A DNA stretch of 19,658 nt, taken from UHGV virus genome UHGV-0171543; one strand, 5' to 3'. A program made the translations under genes and the position numbers. The notes under the pieces were generated by a model. The model was not told the origin of the DNA, searched no databases, and saw only the letters and a program-made list of their open reading frames with translations. The stretch is from a virus. Of the stretch, positions 16,128-19,658 are shown in pieces (position 1 is the first letter of the stretch; the number at the start of each line of letters is the position of its first letter).

Positions 16128-16315
16128 AAAACCGTAAAGCAAAGATGCTTATTTCCCGTGTATACAGACGTTGCTATCCCAGCCAATGGTTGAGGGTTAG
16201 CAATCGCCGTGTGGTGTTGTTTTCATTTTCTGGAATTGCCAGAGAGGGAGTCAAAGATAAGCGTAGCGCGGCGCAAAACCGCTGGAAAAACCACTTGTGC
16301 ACTAAAGGAGCGTGA
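16124..16315 (+). CDS. Small basic protein, paralog 2 (MKNRKAK... family)
   Basis: 63-aa ORF beginning with the same MKNRKAK heptapeptide as the upstream ORF; both are rich in Arg/Lys. Tandem arrangement. Confidence 0.4.
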   Translation: MKNRKAKMLISRVYRRCYPSQWLRVSNRRVVLFSFSGIAREGVKDKRSAAQNRWKNHLCTKGA

Positions 16316-16316
16316 T

Positions 16317-16832
16317 ATGGCGTTAACACACCGCGAACTCTGTCAGATTGCGTACAAGTTCCTTAAGCGCAACGGGTTCAAGGTTTGTTTTCATGACCGC
16401 TTTATAGCTGTAACCAGTACCGGAGAACAGCCAGATGCTATGGGATTCAGAAATTCAGCATCATGCCTGATAGAGGCGAAGTGTTCTCGTGCTGACTTGT
16501 TGGCAGATAGAAAAAAGCGTTTCCGTAAAAATCCGTCTCTTGGAATGGGCGACTGGCGATTCTTTATTAGTGAGCCGGGAATTATTTCAATTGAGGATTT
16601 ACCTCCCGGCTGGGGATTACTTCACGTTGTTAACGGAAGAGTACGGAAAGTACATGGATGGCCCAAGGGGAATTGCTGTTGGGGTAACCCTGAAGATAAA
16701 CCTTTTATTGGGAATAAGCAGGTTGAATGCGATTACATGTTATCTGCATTAAGGCGCATGGAGTTGAGAGGGCACCTTAATGAAATATATGACGGTGTAA
16801 TTGTTAATAAGAAAGAAGGAAACGCGGCATGA
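16317..16832 (+). CDS. Hypothetical protein with PD-(D/E)xK-like motif (possible nuclease fold)
   Basis: Start taken as ATG 16317, preceded by AAGGAG (the ORF track starts at 16209, inside the upstream paralog). 171 aa. The segment QPDAMGF...CLIEAKCSRAD has the D...E-x-K spacing typical of PD-(D/E)xK nucleases. Confidence 0.5.
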   Translation: MALTHRELCQIAYKFLKRNGFKVCFHDRFIAVTSTGEQPDAMGFRNSASCLIEAKCSRADLLADRKKRFRKNPSLGMGDWRFFISEPGIISIEDLPPGWGLLHVVNGRVRKVHGWPKGNCCWGNPEDKPFIGNKQVECDYMLSALRRMELRGHLNEIYDGVIVNKKEGNAA

Positions 16833-17761
16833 TCACTATTACCAAAGAGTTCACCAAAGAGCAGTTGATTGAGCAGGCTAAGAAGAATATTGAGGTTCTT
16901 CGCGTTGCGGTGGAAAGAGTCCCAGGCGCTTATGATGCGGCGGTTATTCATCTCAAGCTGGCTGAAATTACGCTGGCATCGCTGGAAGCAGAGCCTGTTC
17001 TGTATCAGTCCTGCACACGCCCCACCTGGAATAGCGGAGTTCCGTGGACGGAATGGAAAGAACGTAGTCGTGAGGGCTACGAAGACGATTTGCGCTTTAC
17101 AGACACGCCTGACCATGCCGGTTGGATAAACAAATGTCGAAAACTATATACCACTCCGCCAGCACCGATAGCGTTAGAGGCCATTGAAAACGCAATTGAA
17201 TATATCCGCAGTATCGCTTTTCACATCGATGAAGACGATTACCACGGCAAGCATATTGCGTATTTCATGCGACAAGCACTGGTCTGGCTGGAAGGGCATT
17301 CATGCAGCAACGACAGACAGGGTAAAGCCGAGAATCAACCAGTACGCGGCAACCAGACTGCCGAATCCAATCGCGGTAATGAGTGGACCGGCAATCCTGA
17401 TATTGATAACGCCATCATCATGCTCGATCGCATAGATACGCTGGAAAGTTGCGATGATGACCGTATTGAGGCGGTTAAGGCTGTTTTGCGTAGACTGGCT
17501 GGCAACTATCCGGTAACTCCGGATGGTTGGATAAGCTGTAGTGAGCGAATGCCAGAAATGGGAGAGCGACAATGCTATGTGTTAGCAGCTGACTTTAAAA
17601 ACAACTACCCACCAAACATCCCCAACACTCAGGTCGGCGTATATGGCGACTGGTTTAATGATGGCAATCCCACTTGGGATGACGGTGATGGCGAAGACCT
17701 GTATCTCAAAGAGGTAACCCACTGGATGCCGCTACCGGAACCGCCACAGGAGGTGAAATGA
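16829..17761 (+). CDS. Hypothetical prophage early-region protein (C-terminal region resembles the DUF551-type domain)
   Basis: 310-aa ORF translationally coupled to the upstream gene. The acidic, Trp/Pro-rich C-terminus (VTHWMPLPEPP) resembles DUF551-type prophage proteins; this assignment is from memory only. Confidence 0.5.
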   Translation: MITITKEFTKEQLIEQAKKNIEVLRVAVERVPGAYDAAVIHLKLAEITLASLEAEPVLYQSCTRPTWNSGVPWTEWKERSREGYEDDLRFTDTPDHAGWINKCRKLYTTPPAPIALEAIENAIEYIRSIAFHIDEDDYHGKHIAYFMRQALVWLEGHSCSNDRQGKAENQPVRGNQTAESNRGNEWTGNPDIDNAIIMLDRIDTLESCDDDRIEAVKAVLRRLAGNYPVTPDGWISCSERMPEMGERQCYVLAADFKNNYPPNIPNTQVGVYGDWFNDGNPTWDDGDGEDLYLKEVTHWMPLPEPPQEVK

Positions 17762-17822
17762 TGCTTGGCCTGAAGTATTTTATGTAATTGGTATTGCTAT
17801 ATTTTTATCTGGGGATAAACGA

Positions 17823-18065
17823 ATGTTCTCTCTGATTCAACGTGGTCAGATATACACCGATAGCGCTGGCTATCCAGTAAAAATCATTCGTAGTACTGAT
17901 CACTCAGTGTTCTTCAAGAGGATGGATGGCTATCCTGGAAGGGTGTGCATCAGAAAATTCAATAATTTATTCGAACACATTGATCACAGAGAATATCACC
18001 AGATCCTGGCTGAAACAGAACAGGAGAACCATCTGAAAAAATTACGTGCCATGCAAAGGAGATAA
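17823..18065 (+). CDS. Hypothetical protein
   Basis: 80-aa ORF in the same orientation. No recognised motif. Confidence 0.45.
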   Translation: MFSLIQRGQIYTDSAGYPVKIIRSTDHSVFFKRMDGYPGRVCIRKFNNLFEHIDHREYHQILAETEQENHLKKLRAMQRR

Positions 18066-18145
18066 ACCGGTAAAGGTGTTCGCGATAAAGGTGAATATCG
18101 GCAATGAATAACAATCCTCGAACTCGCGGGGATTTCTTTTATCTG

Positions 18146-18170
18146 AACTCGCTACGGCGAGTTTTGTTTT
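18146..18170 (+). terminator. Putative rho-independent terminator in the pL operon upstream of xis
   Basis: AACTCGC-TACG-GCGAGTT 7-bp stem-loop followed by TTGTTTT. Confidence 0.45.
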
Positions 18171-18183
18171 ATGGAGATGATAA

Positions 18184-18351
18184 ATGCACTTCCGAGTCAC
18201 AGGTGAATGGAATGGAGAACCATTCAACAGAGTTATCGAAGCAGAGAACATCAACGACTGCTATGACCACTGGATGATATGGGCGCAGATAGCACATGCA
18301 GACGTAACCAATATTTGTATTGAAGAACTGAAAGAACACCAAGCCGCCTGA
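18184..18351 (+). CDS. Small hypothetical protein (55 aa) upstream of xis
   Basis: ATG at 18184 with GGAG upstream. Hand translation MHFRVTGEWNGEPFNRVIEAENINDCYDHWMIWAQIAHADVTNICIEELKEHQAA. Size and position resemble the small ORF next to xis in lambda, as far as I recall. Confidence 0.45.
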   Translation: MHFRVTGEWNGEPFNRVIEAENINDCYDHWMIWAQIAHADVTNICIEELKEHQAA

Positions 18352-18363
18352 TGGCGGTTTTTT
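18344..18363 (+). terminator. Putative rho-independent terminator
   Basis: CCGCC-TGAT-GGCGG stem-loop followed by TTTTTT, overlapping the stop of the 55-aa ORF. Confidence 0.5.
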
Positions 18364-18390
18364 CTTGCGTGTAATTGCGGAGACTTTGCG

Positions 18391-18609
18391 ATGTACTTGA
18401 CACTTCAGGAGTGGAACGCACGCCAGCGACGCCCAAGAAGCCTTGAAACAGTTCGTCGATGGGTACGCGAGTGCAGGATATTCCCTCCTCCGGTTAAGGA
18501 TGGAAGAGAGTATCTGTTCCACGAATCAGCGGTAAAGGTTGACTTAAATCGACCAGTAACAGGTAGCCTTTTGAAGAGGATCAGAAATGGGAAGAAGGCG
18601 AAGTCATGA
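18391..18609 (+). CDS. xis: Excisionase
   Basis: 72-aa ORF MYLTLQEWNARQRRPRSLETVRRWVRECRIFPPPVKDGREYLFHESAVKVDLNRP..., matching lambda Xis as recalled. Its 3' end overlaps the int start. Confidence 0.92.
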   Translation: MYLTLQEWNARQRRPRSLETVRRWVRECRIFPPPVKDGREYLFHESAVKVDLNRPVTGSLLKRIRNGKKAKS

Positions 18610-19658
18610 GCGCCGGGATTTACCCCCTAATCTTTATATAAGAAACAATGGATATTACTGCTACAGGGACCCAAGGACGGGTAAAGAGTTTGGATTAGGC
18701 CGAGACAGGAGGATAGCAATCACTGAAGCTATACAGGCCAACATTGAGTTATTTTCAGGACACAAACCACAAGCCTCTGACAGCGAGAATCAACAGTGAT
18801 AATTCTGTTACGTTACATTCATGGCTTGATCGCTACGAAAAAATCCTCGCCAACAGAGGAATCAAGCAGAAGACACTCATAAATTACATGAGCAAAATTA
18901 AAGCAATAAGGAGGAGTCTGCCTGATGCTCCACTTGAAGACATCACCACAAAAGAAATTGCAGCAATGCTCAATGGATACATAGACGAGGGCAAGGCGGC
19001 GTCAGCCAAGTTAATCAGATCAACACTGAGCGATGCATTCCGAGAGGCAATAGCTGAAGGCCATATAACAACAAACCCGGTCGCTGCCACTCGCGCAGCA
19101 AAATCAGAGGTAAGGAGATCAAGACTTACGGCTGACGAATACCTGAAAATTTATCAAGCAGCAGAATCATCACCATGTTGGCTCAGACTTGCAATGGAAC
19201 TGGCTGTTGTTACCGGGCAGCGAGTTGGTGATTTATGCGAAATGAAGTGGTCTGATATCGTAGATGGATATCTTTATGTCGAGCAAAGCAAAACAGGCGT
19301 AAAAATTGCCATCCCTACAACATTGCATGTTGATGCTCTCGGGATATCAATGAAGGAAACACTTGGTAAATGCAAAGAGATTCTTGGCGGAGAAACCATA
19401 ATTGCATCTACTCGTCGTGAACCGCTTTCATCCGGCACAGTATCAAGGTATTTTATGCGCGCACGAAAAGCATCAGGTCTTTCCTTCGAAGGGGATCCGC
19501 CTACCTTTCACGAGTTGCGCAGTTTGTCTGCAAGACTCTATGAGAAGCAGATAAGCGATAAGTTTGCTCAACATCTTCTCGGGCATAAGTCGGACACCAT
19601 GGCATCACAATATCGTGATGACAGAGGCAGGGAGTGGGACAAAATTGAAATCAAATAA
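18587..19658 (+). pseudogene. int: Lambda-type tyrosine integrase disrupted by a +1 frameshift (single extra C near 18767..18768)
   Basis: Residues 1 to about 58 (MGRRRSHERRDLPPNLYIRNNGYYCYRDPRTGKEFGLGRDRRIAITEAIQANIELFSGHK) are in one frame and stop after 70 codons. The rest of Int (HKPLTARINSDNS...DKIEIK, with catalytic-domain motifs) continues in another frame. The span is 1072 nt, not a multiple of 3. Removing one C from CACAAACCACAAG restores the lambda reading HKHKPL. Confidence 0.85.

Noticed and set aside
16209-16316. Upstream extension of the 16317..16832 gene given by the ORF track (start at 16209)
   Set aside because: That start lies inside the preceding small paralog's coding sequence. 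ATG 16317 has a proper AAGGAG ribosome-binding site and sits right after the upstream stop, so the shorter gene is preferred.

Overview
This window is the lysis, nin, replication, immunity, early-left and integration portion of a lambda-like (lambdoid) prophage, drawn in reverse orientation to the usual lambda map. Gene order along the + strand is: Rz-R-S lysis cassette (phage-21-type pinholin and SAR endolysin, minus strand), two tRNA-like genes, a Q-like antiterminator, nin-region genes (NinH, RusA, YbcO-like, NinF, NinE, NinB), a DnaB-family helicase, an O-like initiator with internal ori iterons, a cII-like gene, cro, the oR operators, cI, oL/pL, a P22-type N with P22-type nut sites, sieB, ral, cIII, a kil-like gene, a Rad52-like annealing protein with SSB, several unidentified early genes, xis and int. 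All protein identifications rest on my own recall of family sequences; no database search was run. The phage is a natural mosaic, not lambda itself: cI and cro are lambda-type, but rexAB, ren, ea10 and gam/bet/exo are absent. The main finding is an unrecognised two-gene cassette (8433..9228) sitting exactly where lambda carries rexA-rexB, coupled to cI and followed by a terminator; I propose it as a candidate lysogen-expressed exclusion or abortive-infection module. Other points of note are a +1 frameshift in int, two unfamiliar genes between ral and cIII, and a cluster of small membrane proteins at the ren position.
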